Source: Octopus vulgaris (Eukaryota). From it: a DNA stretch of 64,000 nt. The first letter of the stretch is position 1. Every line of letters begins with the position of its first letter. Location of the stretch: the NCBI GenBank assembly GCA_951406725.2, contig OX597819.1, positions 98,394,001 through 98,458,000 of the forward strand. The letters run 5' to 3'. The notes under the pieces are model-generated. The model was not told the origin of the DNA. It worked only from the letters and a program-made list of their open reading frames with translations, and made no database searches. A program made the position numbers and the translations under genes. This document shows, piece by piece, positions 38,450-52,330 of this stretch.

Positions 38450-39322
38450 CAAGGTCTGATCAATAAGTATCCGCACTGTTGCCATAGTAATGAAGTTAAA
38501 GTACACAGTGTGAAACCACTTGGCACAGATTGACCTTGAACTCTGCTTTACATGCTCACTAAGTTTTAACGTTCTAGTTCACTTCCACTGTTTACAGCAG
38601 TGCTTGGAAGGAAGGTGTGTAGTGTGTGATCATTGCATTGACCATAACAGAGAAAGTTGTCATGGCGATAACTGCTCAGAAGTCCACATAAAGTTGCAGA
38701 AAGTGTATGGAGAGGAGTGTATGAGCTACACACAAGTGTATGAGTGGTTCAGACGGTTCTAACATGGTAAAAAATGTGTCAGTATTAATGAACTTTCTGG
38801 GAGGCCTGCAACCAGCAGAACTGAGAAAAACTTCGCAGCTGTGAGGGGAAATCATTGAATCACCATCCATGAATTATAAGAGGATGTGCAGATTAGTTAC
38901 AGTTCAGTTCATTATCCCTGAAGATTTGGGTATGAGACATGTGCCTGCCAAGTTTGTGCCAAAACTGCTTTCAGCTGACCAAAAAGACACTCAGGTTTCA
39001 GTTGCACAAGATCTTGATTGTGTCGTGAATGATGAAAACTTTTTGCAAACTTTGCTTAGGCCTCTGAGCAGGTATTGCCAAGCTTTTGGCAAAATTTGAT
39101 GCAGATTCTCTGCTCAACATTTCTCTGTCATGGTCAATGCAACGATCACATGCTACACACCTTCCTTCCAAGCACTGGTGTAAACAGCGGAAGTGAGCTA
39201 GAATGTTAAAACTTAGTGCACATGCATAGCAGAGATGCAGGTCAATCTGTGCCAAGTGGCTTCACTTTGCGTGCTTTAGCTTCATTACTATAGCAGCAAT
39301 CTGGATACTTATTGATCAGACC

Positions 39323-39325
<3 letters not shown>
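38450..39325. mobile_element. Non-autonomous mariner derivative with long inverted arms
   Basis: Termini CAAGGTCTGATCAATAAGTATCC / GGATACTTATTGATCAGACCATG-TA; internal peptides KLQKVYGEECMSYTQVYEWFRRF and DLGMRHVPAKFVPKLL match the mariner HTH and WVPHEL-like linker. Confidence 0.88.
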
Positions 39326-39367
<42 letters not shown>

Positions 39368-40419
39368 GTAAATCTTCAAGTATAATCCACATTTTTTCCC
39401 AAGTATAATCTACATTTTTTCCCAAAATTTAAAGGTCAAAATCCATAGTGCGTACTATATACGAGGTTAAAAATGAAAAATATTTTCTAAGCAATGTCCG
39501 AGTCTCTATTTGCTATAACCCTTTATTTTTCTTTACTAGGGGGTGGTCATCAGGCTTATATTTAAAAAAAAATTTTTGATAAATAATATTAAAAAGCTAT
39601 AGTAGCATATCTTTTTACCTTTAAACCTAAACTTTAAAACATTAGGCTAGTGAATCACATTGACCATGTATGTTGTGTGTTTTTAATCAATATCATCATC
39701 ATCATCATGACGTCCGCTTTCCATGCTAGCACGGGTTGGACGTGTGACTGAGGGCTGGCGAACCAGATGGCTGCACCAGGCTTCAATCTTGATCTGACGT
39801 AATTTCTACAGCTGGATCCCCTTCCTAATGCCAACCACTCCGAGAGTGTAGTGGGTGCTTTTACATGCCACCGGCATGGGGCCAGTCAGGCGACACTGGC
39901 AACGACCTCGGTCGAATCTTTTACATATGCCACTGGCGTGGGTGCCAGTAAAGCAATGAGTTTTGGCACAAGGCCAGCAATTTTAGGGGGAGGGGTGAAT
40001 CAATTACATCAACACCAGTACACAACTGGTACTTATTTTATTGAACCTGAAAGGATGAAAGCCAAAATTAACTGTAGTGGAATTTGAACACAGAACAGAA
40101 TGTGAAGATAGACAAAATTGTGCTTACGATTTTGCTTGTTTGCCACCTTTATGGAATATATTATTAGTCTAATTATGAAAGAAAGAGGAGTTAGTGGTAC
40201 CAGAAATTGTGGAGTTGAAGTTGATAATATCATACAATGATTTTAGGAGCTGGAGTTGGAGATTTCGTTTATTGACTCTACAACCCTACCTAAAGATCAG
40301 TTTCCTTGTCAGTATAATAGACATGTTTAATATAGTTAAGTTAATTTTTTGGCTCAAAATGCAAAAAGCAAGGCCATATAGGGGAACATGGAGTTATGTA
40401 CAGGGAGGGTGTTCATGCT

Positions 40420-40663
40420 AAGAGTTCAGGCCGTTTCTGGTCAAGAGAGACTTTGAACCGAGCGGTTGTCGGCATCTTCACTATCTTGTCCGGCAGCTTA
40501 TTCCACGGATCCGCAACCTGGACGGAGAAAGCCCCTCTCCTTCGATTGAGATGAAATCGTCGCAGATAGAACTTTTCGGAGTGACCCCGCAGCTGATGCT
40601 CTGGAGCAGGAGTGAAGAACAGCTCTTTCGAGAGGTTACACTTTCCGCTTATGCTGTTGTGAG
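40420..40663 (-). mobile_element. CR1-type LINE ORF2 C-terminal fragment
   Basis: Minus-strand translation LRGHSEKFYLRRFHLNRRRGAFSVQVADPWNKLP...FKVSLD fits the CR1 C-terminal RGH...FS.RV...WN.LP pattern. Confidence 0.75.
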
Positions 40664-40787
40664 AAACTGATAGACATAGTCAGTTAATATGTTGTTATCT
40701 GAAAGTTGTTTTGATATTTTGTAGTTTTGTGTTGGTAATGATGATGATATCTGACATTTGCTTCTTTTCAGACACTAAATAGTCAAA

Positions 40788-41365
40788 ATGCCAATGATTG
40801 AAGGCTTCGGAGATGAGGTGACATATGCCATGATGATAATGTTTGCTGTCATCCTCATAACGGCTTGTTGGTTGTCAACTCAGTTACGCTTTATCCCTTT
40901 TGTTAATGTGTTTGTCCTTGAGTCGATGCAAGACTTAATTTTCACCAACGTCCAACCCAGCCATGCTGCAGTACATGTCACTGCGGAACCACCGCTTCAA
41001 CCAAGCGAACCGCTCGAAGAAGTTTCTCCAACACCTGTCTTGGTGCGGAGTGCTGAAACTACCAGTGCAGAGACGGCAAAGGACGACACGACAGAGAACT
41101 CTTCAGAAAGTAATTTATTGGAAGATGCTGACAAAGATTCAGAAAATCTTGCTTCGAATGAAGATGAGGAAGATCAAAGTGAATCTGCATCAGCTCAAGT
41201 AAATGAGAGTCCGGTGAGCAGTGAGCAGAATTCTTCTGAGACTGTGGCAGAAGAAGAAAAAGAAGAAAGGAAAGAGAAACAAGTAAAAATAAAGCTGATG
41301 TATTTGAACAATACTCAGCGCATTGTTGATGCATATTTATCTGATACAATTGGAGCATTTCGACA
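40788..41365 (+). CDS. TMUB1: TMUB coding exon 1
   Basis: Acceptor ttttcag ends 40771, ATG 40788, donor gtaagt at 41366. Confidence 0.9.
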
Positions 41366-44146
41366 GTAAGTAACTGATTTTTCTCTATACACATTCGAAA
41401 CTGGGACATGTGGGTTTGTAATAAGTCAAGGTCATAATGTAATTAGATGATCAGCACCACATGAGATTTTATAACGAATCTCTCTTGTATTTTATAAAAT
41501 TTCTCTTCAATTGCTTACCAGGTTTATCTCAAATATCTTAAAATTTTTTTTTAAAATTAACTTTTCTGTTCAATTATGATTGTAATTTTTCAGATTATTA
41601 ACCTCATCTTTACAGTGAATATTTATGTTTATGATGCCATGTAAAAGCATCCATGCCATTACCATATAAAGACTCTGGTGATGGTGCCATGTTAAAAACA
41701 AAAAATGCTGAGGCCATGTAAGAGCACCCATGCAGGTGCCATGTTCAAAGCGCTGAGCACACTCTAAAATGATTGGCATTAGGAAAGGCATCCAGCTATA
41801 GAAAGGCATCCAGCTATGCCAAAATAGTCAAATGGAACCAGGGCAGCTCTCCAGCTGGCCAACTCCTGTTGAACCATCCAACCTATGCCAGCATGGAGAA
41901 TGGATGTTAAATGATGATGATGATATAGTTTAAATTTTAATGAAAAATGTATCAAAATGTTTTAAGACAAACAATGAACTATAATTTGTTTTATTATAAC
42001 CTCAGGCCAACCAAGGCCTTGTGAGAGGATTTGGTAGCTGGAAACTGAAAGAAGCCCATCGTATATATATATATTTGTGTGTGTGTGTATGTGTGTGCAT
42101 AGGCACACACACACACACTGGCCCTCACACATGCGCACAAACAAAAACGAAAAGGAATGCAGTGTGAGCAACGGACAGAGTCAAGACTATTGAAAAGGTT
42201 GCAAGATGCAACGAAAATTTTAGGAAAATACAAATAAGAAATAAGTGGAAATCTTACTGGTGAGTGTGTTACATTATAAGGCACAGAAAGAAAATGACTC
42301 TCCCCAGACAACAGTATAAACTATAAACTTTGAATCTCAGCACTGAAACAATGTAAATTATGCAAAACTTTTACTTGTAGCTAATCAGTTGATATTGTAG
42401 AAAATCCATAGTATTTTATGTATATAAATTTATATAGGTTTATTTAAATAACTACTGTATTCTTTTTTAATATGTGTGTTACTTTTTTAATATGTGTGTT
42501 TCCTTAATTGGATTCATTTAAATAACTGTTTTACATATTTCCAAAATTTCCATTTATTGTGATTGTATAGCAAATGGAAATTTTGAAAAGATGTACAGCA
42601 GTTATGAGTCCATGAATCCTTTTAAATATTATATACATACACGCATATACATGAATATGTATAGTTTTAATATCCACTTTTTCATGTTTGACTGGAAGAC
42701 TTGAAATGAATGACAACACGTGTATGATTGGTAACATGTGCTTGCTGCTATCGTGATATTAAGGCAAAAAGACAACACACATACACACGACAGGTTTCTT
42801 TCAGTTTCTGTTTACCAAATGTGTGTGTTATGTATCATAGATCATCATCATCATCATCATCATCATTTAGCGTCCGCTTTCCATGCTAGCAGGGGTTGGA
42901 CGGTTCAACTGGGGTCTGTGAAGCCGGGAGGCCGCATCAGGCCCAGTCTGATCTGGCAGTGTTTCTACGGCTGGATGTCCTTCCTATATAAGTGAAGGCG
43001 CAATGGCCCAGTGGTTAGGGCGGCGGACTTGCGGTCGTAGGATCATATGCTAGAGCAACACCTTAAAGGGTTTTTTTAGCCAAAGAAATTGACCCTTGGA
43101 CTTATTCTTTGTAAGTCTAGTACTTATTCTATCGGTCTCTTTTGCTGAACTGCTAAGTTATGGGGATGTAAAGATACCGACATCGGTTGTCAAGCGATGG
43201 CGGTGGGGACAAACATGGACACACACATGCACAAATATATTCATATATATGATGACTTCTTTCAATTTCCAGCTACCAAATCCTCTCACAAGGCTTTGGT
43301 TGGCCCAAGGTTATAATAGAAGACACTTGCTCAAGTTACCATACAGTGGGACTGAACCCAGAACCATGTGGTTGGGACGCAAGCTTCTTACCACACAGCC
43401 ATACCTGGACCTATCTTTAACGTGTAATATCAGTTTCAAATTTTGACACAAGGTCAGCAGTTTTTAGGAGAGGGGCCAAATCAATTAAACTAACCCCAGT
43501 GCTCAGCTGGTGCTTATTTTATTGACCCCGAAAGGATGAAAGATAAAGTCAACCTCAATGGAATTTGAACTCAGAATGTAGACAGACAAAATGCTGCTAA
43601 GCATTTTGGCTAGCGTGCTAATGATTCTGCCAGCTCACCACCTTGTTACATGTAATTAATGTTATATTTTTAAACAAACATTTTGCCTTTGATCTGAAGG
43701 TTGTCTTTTTTTTTTTTTTGTCTTACAGGTCACATTTTAGAAAAGAACTTTCAGATAACAAAATGGTACGCTTCATCTTCAACGGGAAAGCTCTTGGTAA
43801 TGATACTTCCACGCTGAGTTCATGTAACGTGAAGGGAAATTCCATTATCCATTGTTTGATTACACCTTCCCTTGCTCGTCGAAATGAGGAATCGACATCA
43901 AATCAAGCCGGTGCTGCATTTGTACCTCCCCCAATAAATGAGGGGAGACAAGAGACATTTATAGAGAGGGTCGTTTATCCATTCCTTATTATTCTCTTTG
44001 CTATTATTTGGTATCAACAATTTGCATTTGAAGACTCATTCATTTATAGTAGCATCATGCCTCTTCTTGGTGTTGTTCTCTTCCTGCTCGCCATGTCTTT
44101 GGCATTTTTTCGTGCCATTCGCTTCCGGGCAATTCAACAGATATAA
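40788..44146 (+). CDS. TMUB1: Transmembrane and ubiquitin-like domain-containing protein (TMUB1/2 orthologue): join(40788..41365,43729..44146)
   Basis: N-terminus MPMIEGFGDEV followed by a hydrophobic helix, acidic linker, Ubl domain (IKLMYLNNTQR...VRFIFNGKAL...SIIHCLI) split by a phase-2 GT-AG intron, two C-terminal TM helices; 996 nt = 331 aa + stop. TMUB1 versus TMUB2 cannot be resolved. Confidence 0.9.
43729..44146 (+). CDS. TMUB1: TMUB coding exon 2 (terminal)
   Basis: Long T tract + ttacag acceptor; stop TAA ends 44146. Confidence 0.9.
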
Positions 44147-44776
44147 AGAATAAAAAAAAAAAATTATATACACACATTTAAGTGAGTGTGTATCACACAC
44201 ACATACATACATATATGTAAATGTACTTGCATACACACATACATACACACATAAATGTAATGGTTTAGAATTTAAAAGTATTTGTATGTGTATATACCAA
44301 TTATATACTAAAAATGTACATAGAGATGAAGAAAAGGAAACAATAGAATATATATATTTGTGTGTAAGTATGTTTATGTGTGTCTGCATATTCATATGAG
44401 TTTATATATGTATGTGTGTCTACGTTTACATGCATATGTATTGATATGCGTGTATGTGTATGTATTTCTACATATGTAGGTATATGTATTCTGCATATGT
44501 ATCTCTGTTATGTTATCAGAGACATACTTCTTTTGAGCACTAAGTACTCCTCGTCACTCACATATATATACAAACAGCTATTAGAGACTTAGAGATATTT
44601 AGAAGAATGTCTGCTCTTCTTTCACCTTGTTAAATTGTGTCACTAATTAGATCTGTCGAAATGTAATTAGTCATCACATTGTTGACTTTGTACTGATTTT
44701 CTTGTGTTCTTGCAGAATCAGCAACATTTGTGTGTGTGTGTGTGTGAGTGTATATGTATGAACCTGTCACATCCAT

Positions 44777-44821
<45 letters not shown>

Positions 44822-47800
44822 TACATATACATAGAGAGAGAGACACTAACATTTTACTCTGTGTACTAAATGCATGTTTGGCTGTCTCACATTGTAATAT
44901 ACCATCATTGCTTTGCTTTATTGTCTGGATTTCTATGCAAGCATGGGTGAACTGGAAATCATTGTGATAGATTCTCTATGGCCAGATGTCTGTCCTGTCA
45001 CCAGCCCTCACCCGGTTATATTACCCATGACCAGAATTATTTTCATGGATGGTTAGAAATGAACAGCACTACTTGTGTAGTGGTGACACTTGTTTACAGC
45101 TATGAAGCACTGTCAAGACAAGGACACACACACACACACACATGTACTACTGGTTTCTTTCTGTTTCTGTCTACCATATCTATTCACAAGGCTTTCATTG
45201 GCTTAAGGCTGTATTTGAAGACTCTTTTCCAAGGTGCTATGTGGTGGAACTGAACTCAAAGCCATATAGATGGAAAGCAAACTTCTTGATCACATGCCAT
45301 GCCTAAGCCAAGTGAGTTGAAAAAAATTTCACTTAACTTTGATTATCTTTGCAATTAGGAGACAAAAACTCTATCTGAAGGTGTTTAAAATTTAAAAGCA
45401 AAGAAGTCACCAGTAATTTTAGCTACATGAAGTGTTTATTTTTTTTTTTGTCTTTTAGTTACAAATTATTGTAAGTGCTGGTGCACCCAGTACAGTAAAT
45501 TCTATAAAGTGGTTGGTGTTAGTGAGGGCATCCAGCCTTAGAAACCATGCCATAGCAGACACTGGATTTTGATGCAGTCCTGTTGAATTGTCCAGCCCAT
45601 ACCTCAGTAGAAGGAGGTTAAGTGGTGAAAGTGGTGAAGACAAAGGAAGAGCTATGTCAGAGGGATTGAGTGACAGGACCCATTGGTAGGGTTGGTCGGT
45701 CTCCCTACCATGCCAGCAAGGGTTGGATAGCTCATCATGATCCAAGACAGTTGTTATTGGAGTTTCTCAGGTCTTCTTATTGAGAGAGGTGGTGGAGAGC
45801 TTAATATATATTGTGAAAGTGCATGGTTCAGTGGTTAAAGCATTGGGCTCACAATCATGAGGTAATGAGTTTGATTCAGGAACCAGGCTCTGTATTGTGT
45901 TCTCGAGCAAGACATTTTATTTCAAGTTGTTCTAGTTCACTCAGCTGTAGAAGTGAGTTGCAGCATCACTGGTGCCAAACTGTATCAGCCTTTGCCTTTC
46001 CTTTGGATAACATCAGTGACATGGAAAGGGAGGTTGATATGCATGGGTAACTGCTGGTCTTCCATAAACAACCTAACCCAGACTTGTGTCTCTGAGGGGA
46101 ACTTTCTAGGTACATCCTATGGTCATTTGAGGTCTTTACAGTTTTTTTTTTTTTTACAGGTGGTAAGAGAGCATTTTAGGGAAGGGGTAATAGGAGTAAA
46201 AGTGAAAAGTAGTTTCGGGGCTTAGTGAGAGAGAATGTCTTTTAGGCTATACTTCATTTTATTATTCATAACTTATATGCAGAGGTGGTATGTATTCAGT
46301 TTTGATTATTTACTTATTCACATTTTGAAGTCTATTGATATTATTGTTGATGCAATTGTGATTAACAAGCAGTTTATTAAATATTATGTTTAAATATATT
46401 TTAAAAGTTAATATTTAAATTGTAAACAAAACAAAAAAAAAACTGTACAAATACATCTACATCAACAATAACCCTGCCTGCCACCTTTCTTCCCAGTGTT
46501 CATTTAAAATTTTTCGTTGCCCTTCTTCCCTAGGGGCAGTACAGCCCATTTTGAAAAAAGCCGTTAGACCTTCTCAAAGAAGCATATTCAGTTCAGTTAG
46601 TAAGACTAAGAGATAATCTCCAATCTGTGAAGTGATACAATGATAGTACCATGCCAAAGCAGATATTCAGTGCAAACCTCTGGTTTGCAAGTTTCTGTTG
46701 AATTATCTAACCCATGCCAGCATGGAAAAATGGCTGTTAAATGGTAATGATGATGATATATAAAACAAAAGCGGTGATGCTGGTTATGATTATCAACAAT
46801 AGGGAAGGCAGGGAAATACCCCAGGAGACTGTGTTACTTATGTGAGACTCTACCATATGAATATTTAGTATGTACATTGCCATATATGTGTGTGTGTGTA
46901 TAAATATGTATATATCTATGAACTAGCAGCTTTATCAAGCATTGTCTTCATCTATAGACAGGATCTGACATAATGACCCTCTCCTTGAAAAGATGCAATC
47001 CTATGCAAAACTTTAGCTACCCAAATGCAAAACTGCCGTCTACAACTTAAAATGCATATACATATATTTGCTTTTATGTAAGTATGTATATGAATATCTG
47101 TGAAAGTATGTATTTATGTGTTAAGATACAATCATCTATGATAATATATGTGTGTGTGCATACACATATAGATACGCACACACATTAATAATGTGTTGTG
47201 CATGTTGCTATATATATGTATATGCTCAGGTCTGTTATTCCCCAAAACAATAACTCCTCTATTTCCTTCATTTTAATAATTCTATCCACTGTTATTTCCC
47301 CCTGTAACATGGGCACTGATTTCCTTGTCACTATGTCCTATGTTTTAATTAACATGTTCTCTTACTTAAAATGTTAATTAACCACACATTACTCATCTAT
47401 TCTCCGCTTTCTCCTACAGTTAAACAGCCACATGGATGTATTTTTTCTTTGATTTCATTATTTCTTATTGTTATTGTCATTTCCTCGCCATTCTGAACTA
47501 TTTCTTTAACTATTTATTGATTGTATTTATTGATTTGATTTTAATGAGTTGAAAGAAAAAAAAACATTGTAATTTATCTGTTAACCTAAGAAGACAATTA
47601 TGATAATAAAATATTCTATTGTCTTTTTTTCTTCTTTTTTTTTTTCTATCCTGTGTAGATGTGTTTGAAGTAATATTTTATTGTTCACCTTCTCATCTTT
47701 GTTCATCACCTAACACTGCTGGTTTCTCAGTCTTTCTGCACCTTCCTCATGCTTGCTACCCCCAGAATGTTACTGAGACATTCATGTTACCATAGTTATT

Positions 47801-47822
47801 GTTTCAGCATATTGTGTGCATC

Positions 47823-48130
47823 GGAGGCACAATGGCCCAGTGGTTAGGGCAGCAGACTCGCGGTAAGAGGATTGCAGTTTCGATTCCCAGACCGGGCGTT
47901 GTGTGTTAATTGAGCGAAAACACCTAAAGTTCCACAAGGCTCTGACAGGGGGTGGTGGCGACCCTTGTTGTACTCTTTTGCCCCAACTTTCTCTCACTCT
48001 TTCTTCCTGTTTCTTGGGTAAAGCTGCAATGGACTGGCGCCTGTCCAGCTGGGGGGAACACATACGCCATAGAAACCGGGAAACTGGGCCCATGAGCCTG
48101 GCTAGGCTTGAAAAGGGTACATAAATAAAA
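47823..48130 (+). mobile_element. tRNA-derived SINE
   Basis: Head GGAGGCACAATGGCCCAGTGGTTAGGGC...GTTTCGATTCCC, A-rich tail; head fragment also near 42995-43045. Confidence 0.8.
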
Positions 48131-48428
48131 AAAATATTGTGTGCATCATGGCAATATTTCTTGCTATGAATCTTTGCCTCCCCCTCCTCTCAACATCATC
48201 ATCAATAATAATATTTTCTACTATAGGCACAAGGCCCAAAATTTTGGGGGAGGAGGAAAGTCGATCACATTGATCCCAGTACTTGACTGGTACTTAATTT
48301 ATTGACCCCAAAAGGATGAAAGGCAAAGTTGACCTCAGTGGAATTTGAACATGGAACATAAAGACAGATGAAATACCACTAAGCATTTTACCCGGTGTGC
48401 TAACAATTCTGCCATCTCACTGCCTATC

Positions 48429-48462
<34 letters not shown>

Positions 48463-48670
48463 GTGTTGTAGACTGCAGTGTTTATGAGAAGGAATTTAAT
48501 AAGAACTAGATGTTGTTAAATCCTGAGTTGCCAGCTCTCCTTAAGCACACTTATGATCAAAACTGTTCTACCTCATCATATTTGTGGTAATAGAGTACTC
48601 TAGACTATATTATAATGTACTTTTAAAACTATAGGGTGTAGTTTGTGAGGGATTTGCCTACTACTATGTT

Positions 48671-48790
48671 GAGGAAAAAGTTCATGTGCAGCGAGTCACC
48701 ATTGAACATGGCATGAATTGAATGGACACACACACCATAAAAATTTATAAAAAAAGCATTATTTTAACAAGGTGCATGAACTTTTTCCTC
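48671..48790. mobile_element. Small MITE
   Basis: Inverted termini GAGGAAAAAGTTCATG / CATGAACTTTTTCCTC bounding about 120 bp. Confidence 0.6.
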
Positions 48791-49965
48791 TTCCAATTAT
48801 TTCCAACAGATTCAACTAACAAGCATAAACAGTCTTGTTGAAGTGTTGTGGGTCACTAAATCTGCTGAAGAAAATTTGAGAAACATGTAAAAGGTTATAA
48901 TTGAAATTGAATTTATTATGGAACTTAGAAGTCTCTGGTAGTCAGTGTCACTCGCCTTGTTAGGAATTTCAGCCATGTCTCCATATAACACACTATTCCA
49001 AAAAGGAAAGACATTTGATAATTTTGGGATAAAAATGATGGAAAGGACACTGCAAAAATACTTTTGGATGAGGACTGACCTGGTGCTGCTACAGCAACAA
49101 TAAATGTAGAAGTGACTGTTTAATATAGATTAAGTTGGTAGACTAGTTATAATAGTGGTAGAAGAGGAGTGTTAAATGTAGGATAGGGTGTAGGCAGCTA
49201 TAGTGGTAGAAGGGACAGTGTTTAATACACAGGGTGTCCCTAAAGTTTGGACACAGGCAGAATGTATATTTTCAAGAAAGACATGTAAAATTTTCAGCCA
49301 CATTTTATTCAGAATATTAACAAATAACGTCTTCAATATGATTTCCACTGTTCATTTTCTTAGGGGACTTTGGCTAGCATTGGGTTGAACCTAGCACTTA
49401 TTAGCCTCCACACAGCAAGCAATAAAACCAGAAGCAGATTGTAATTGACATATCCTTGTATGTGTGTGTGACAGTGTATGTGTGTATGTGTGTGTGTATA
49501 CTTCTGTGTAAGTATGAGTGGATAGAAAAAGAAATAGAAAGAAGTTCAAATTTGTGTTTTCAATGCATGACTGAGCAATGACCCTGGAGTTAAAGGCACT
49601 CACACACACATACATGAAAAGGTTTCTCTCATGGTTTTTAAGTGCATAGTGCCAAACAAATTGGCCAATATTAGACAGGAGGATGGGACTGAAGTGAACA
49701 AAAAATCATGAATTTTCTAAAAATTTTTCATAAAGAGTTCCCCACCAACACATTACCTCGAAGACCTGCATGAAAAATAAAACTGGAAAAATCCCTGTCA
49801 AAATGGAGAAAATTAAAGTTATGTGGGCTTCCTGATCCAAAACTCTACTTCAATAATTTCTTAACTGCATGATGCATAAATATGTTGTTCTCATTTCTTA
49901 CCTACTAATTCAGACATCAAAATTCAGAAATAATGCAGACACAAAAGGGTTAAAATATTAAGCTT

Positions 49966-50013
49966 TGCTCGCCTGCCACGCGGGCGGCCCGGGTTCGATT
50001 CCCGGCCGATGCA
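49966..50013 (+). pseudogene. 5'-truncated tRNA-Gly(GCC) copy
   Basis: TGCTCGCCTGCCACGCGGGCGGCCCGGGTTCGATTCCCGGCCGATGCA is the anticodon arm, T arm and 3' acceptor strand of invertebrate tRNA-Gly-GCC; the 5' acceptor strand and D loop are absent. Confidence 0.9.
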
Positions 50014-50024
50014 CAGATTTCTTT

Positions 50025-50436
50025 TGACCGTAGCCAGTACCGCATCGACTGGCCTCCGTGCTGTGGGCACGCAACAAACAACATCCGAGCGTGGCCGTTC
50101 TCCAGCCTCGTCTGGCACCTGTGTCGGTGGCACATAAGAAAACATTATCCGAGCGTGGCCGTCTGCCAGCCTCGTCTGGCACCTGTGTCGGTGGCACATA
50201 AAAACACCATCCGAGCGTGGCTGTCTGCCAGCCTCGTCTGGCACCTGTGTCGGTGGCACATAAAATCACCCACTACACTCTCGGAGTGGTTGGCGTTAAG
50301 AAGGGCATCCAGCTGTAGAAACACTGCCAGATCTGACTGGCCTGGTGCAGCCTTCGAGCTTGCCAGACCCCAGTTGAACTGTCCAACCCATGCTAGCATG
50401 GAAAGCGGACGTTAAACGATGATGATGATGATGATG
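50025..50436 (+). mobile_element. RTE LINE 3'UTR fragment with ~60-bp tandem units and (GAT)n tail (family also at 3431-3790, 39692-39950, 57690-57953, 59470-59817)
   Basis: The same sequence is contiguous with RTE coding sequence in the copy at 62669-63375. Confidence 0.8.
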
Positions 50437-50754
50437 AAATATTGCTCATTGTCAAACCATTTCTTGAAGACAAAAAAATCTAAGGAGATAATGTACCAGA
50501 TTTCTTTTTCATCTCCTACATGAAAAATGATAATATGAGGTTGTGAGGGTGAATACTATTTATCAGGTTTTAAGTTATATCAACCATTCAACCAACATGC
50601 TTAAACTAACTAAAATATTTTTAAAATATATAATCCTAGTAATCCTAATAATGTATTAGTATTTATGTATAGAAAATATATGTTCCTTTTTTCCAATATG
50701 AGGTATTTTTAATTAAGTTTTGAATTTTAATATCAGGAATATTACCCCTAACAG

Positions 50755-52330
50755 CATGGAAAAGAAAAAGCATAAATCTGGATCAGTGAAATGCAAAGAG
50801 CGACAAGAAGCAGAAAGGCAGGAATCAGCCAAGTGGTACAAGTCTGTTACAGATTTTATAACACTTCAACCACCATCCACACAAATGTTCAGCTCTGCAA
50901 CAAATAATTAAGAAGCAAGAAACAATACTCATGGTGATGATGCAGTGATATGTGAGTTGCAAGAACTGGGAAGAGTTACTTTGAATGTAGAGAGAAATAC
51001 GAGTGAATCCTTTGCAAATCAACCCAGTCCCAGAACTATTTCTGGCTTCATTGTTCCAGTATCTGTACTGCCTGGAGTTGCAACATCTGAGTACTTAGCT
51101 TCAACAAGTGAGTGACAGGGAATCAGATATTAATTCAGGCATAAATGACTTGGTTTCTGAAGCACATCCTGTAACTGAACCTACACAAGAAAATGAAAGG
51201 TCAACTACTGGAATTTTCCAATATCCATCACAAGCAAATCTGAGTTTTTTGCTGAACATCCATTTCAGCCACTTGGTGATCTGCCATTTGATGCTTGTCT
51301 GTATTAGAGGAAAATTATGAATGGTTCAGTCCCAAGAAAATGGCTAACCTACAACAAAGAAAATACGTACTTATATTGTTCATATTACATAGCCTTTGAG
51401 TCTCCCAACATTTGTAATCTATCACCCTTTGTATGTGGTTATAGTAACTACAGGTGTGTTAGCCAGAGCTTCACTTTACACAAATCAACAACAACACATG
51501 TCAGAAATGCTCAGCAATATATCAGTGTGGTTAGTGATGGCATTATAGAAAATCTTTTGGCAGCATCACTAATTAAAAGGAAAGAAGTATTGAATTGAAG
51601 CAGAAGAGTATTGGCATGAGAATTATAGACATCAAAAAGATGTTAAGCAAGTATTTCTTTTTTGAGGTCACAGAAATGAATTGGCTTACATTCTGGATAA
51701 TGAGGTTCTGAATCCTGGCAATTTTTTTAGCTACAGTGAAGTTGATGGCAAAATATGACACCATTATGGCAGCTCAATGTTTCTGCAGTGCAAAACAAGT
51801 CTGGACAAAGACTCAAACGATTGGAACAACAAGGAAAGGCTTGAAGTAAAGGCCATGGTGGACTTGTTACATAAAACAACTATTAATATGTTAATCCAAA
51901 TTATGAAGAATACAAGAAAGTATTAGTCATGAAGTTTCCCAAGCAATGTATTACTCTATTCAGGTTGATTCAACTCAAGATAATTCATCCATTGATCAGT
52001 TTAGCATTATTATTCAGTATGTGCTTAAAAGTGTTATCTGTGAGTGACTACTTTCAGTTGTGCCAAGTAATGATGGTACAGGACAGGGACTTTTTGACCT
52101 ATTGACTGAAATATTATGGCATCTTAGAATTGATTCCCCCCAAATGTTTATCTGATACCACAGATGGTGCTGCTAGCTACCACGGGTAGCATAATGGTTT
52201 AAAAAGTAAAATTGCTGCTGTGGCAAATCAACATGTTCATATATTGTGCTATGCCCATGTCAAATTTGGTGATAATTGAAACAACAAAATGTTGTGTACC
52301 TGCAGTTTGCTTTTTCAATTTGCTTTGGTT
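50755..52330 (+). mobile_element. Degenerate hAT transposase (ZMYM1-like/DUF4371 type)
   Basis: Peptides across stops and frameshifts: RKWLTYNKENTYLYC, GHRNE...NPGNFLATVKLMAKYD, YYSIQVDSTQDNSSIDQFSIIIQYV, DGAASYHG*HNGL, HILCYAH. Confidence 0.8.

Noticed and set aside
41059-41409. Antisense ORF overlapping TMUB exon
   Set aside because: Shadow of the sense exon; no recognisable motif or splice support.
49966-50013. Functional tRNA-Gly gene
   Set aside because: The 5' acceptor strand, D loop and A box are missing.
50083-50270. Regularly spaced repeats resembling a CRISPR array
   Set aside because: Whole units repeat with no unique spacers; it is the RTE 3'UTR tandem array in eukaryotic DNA.
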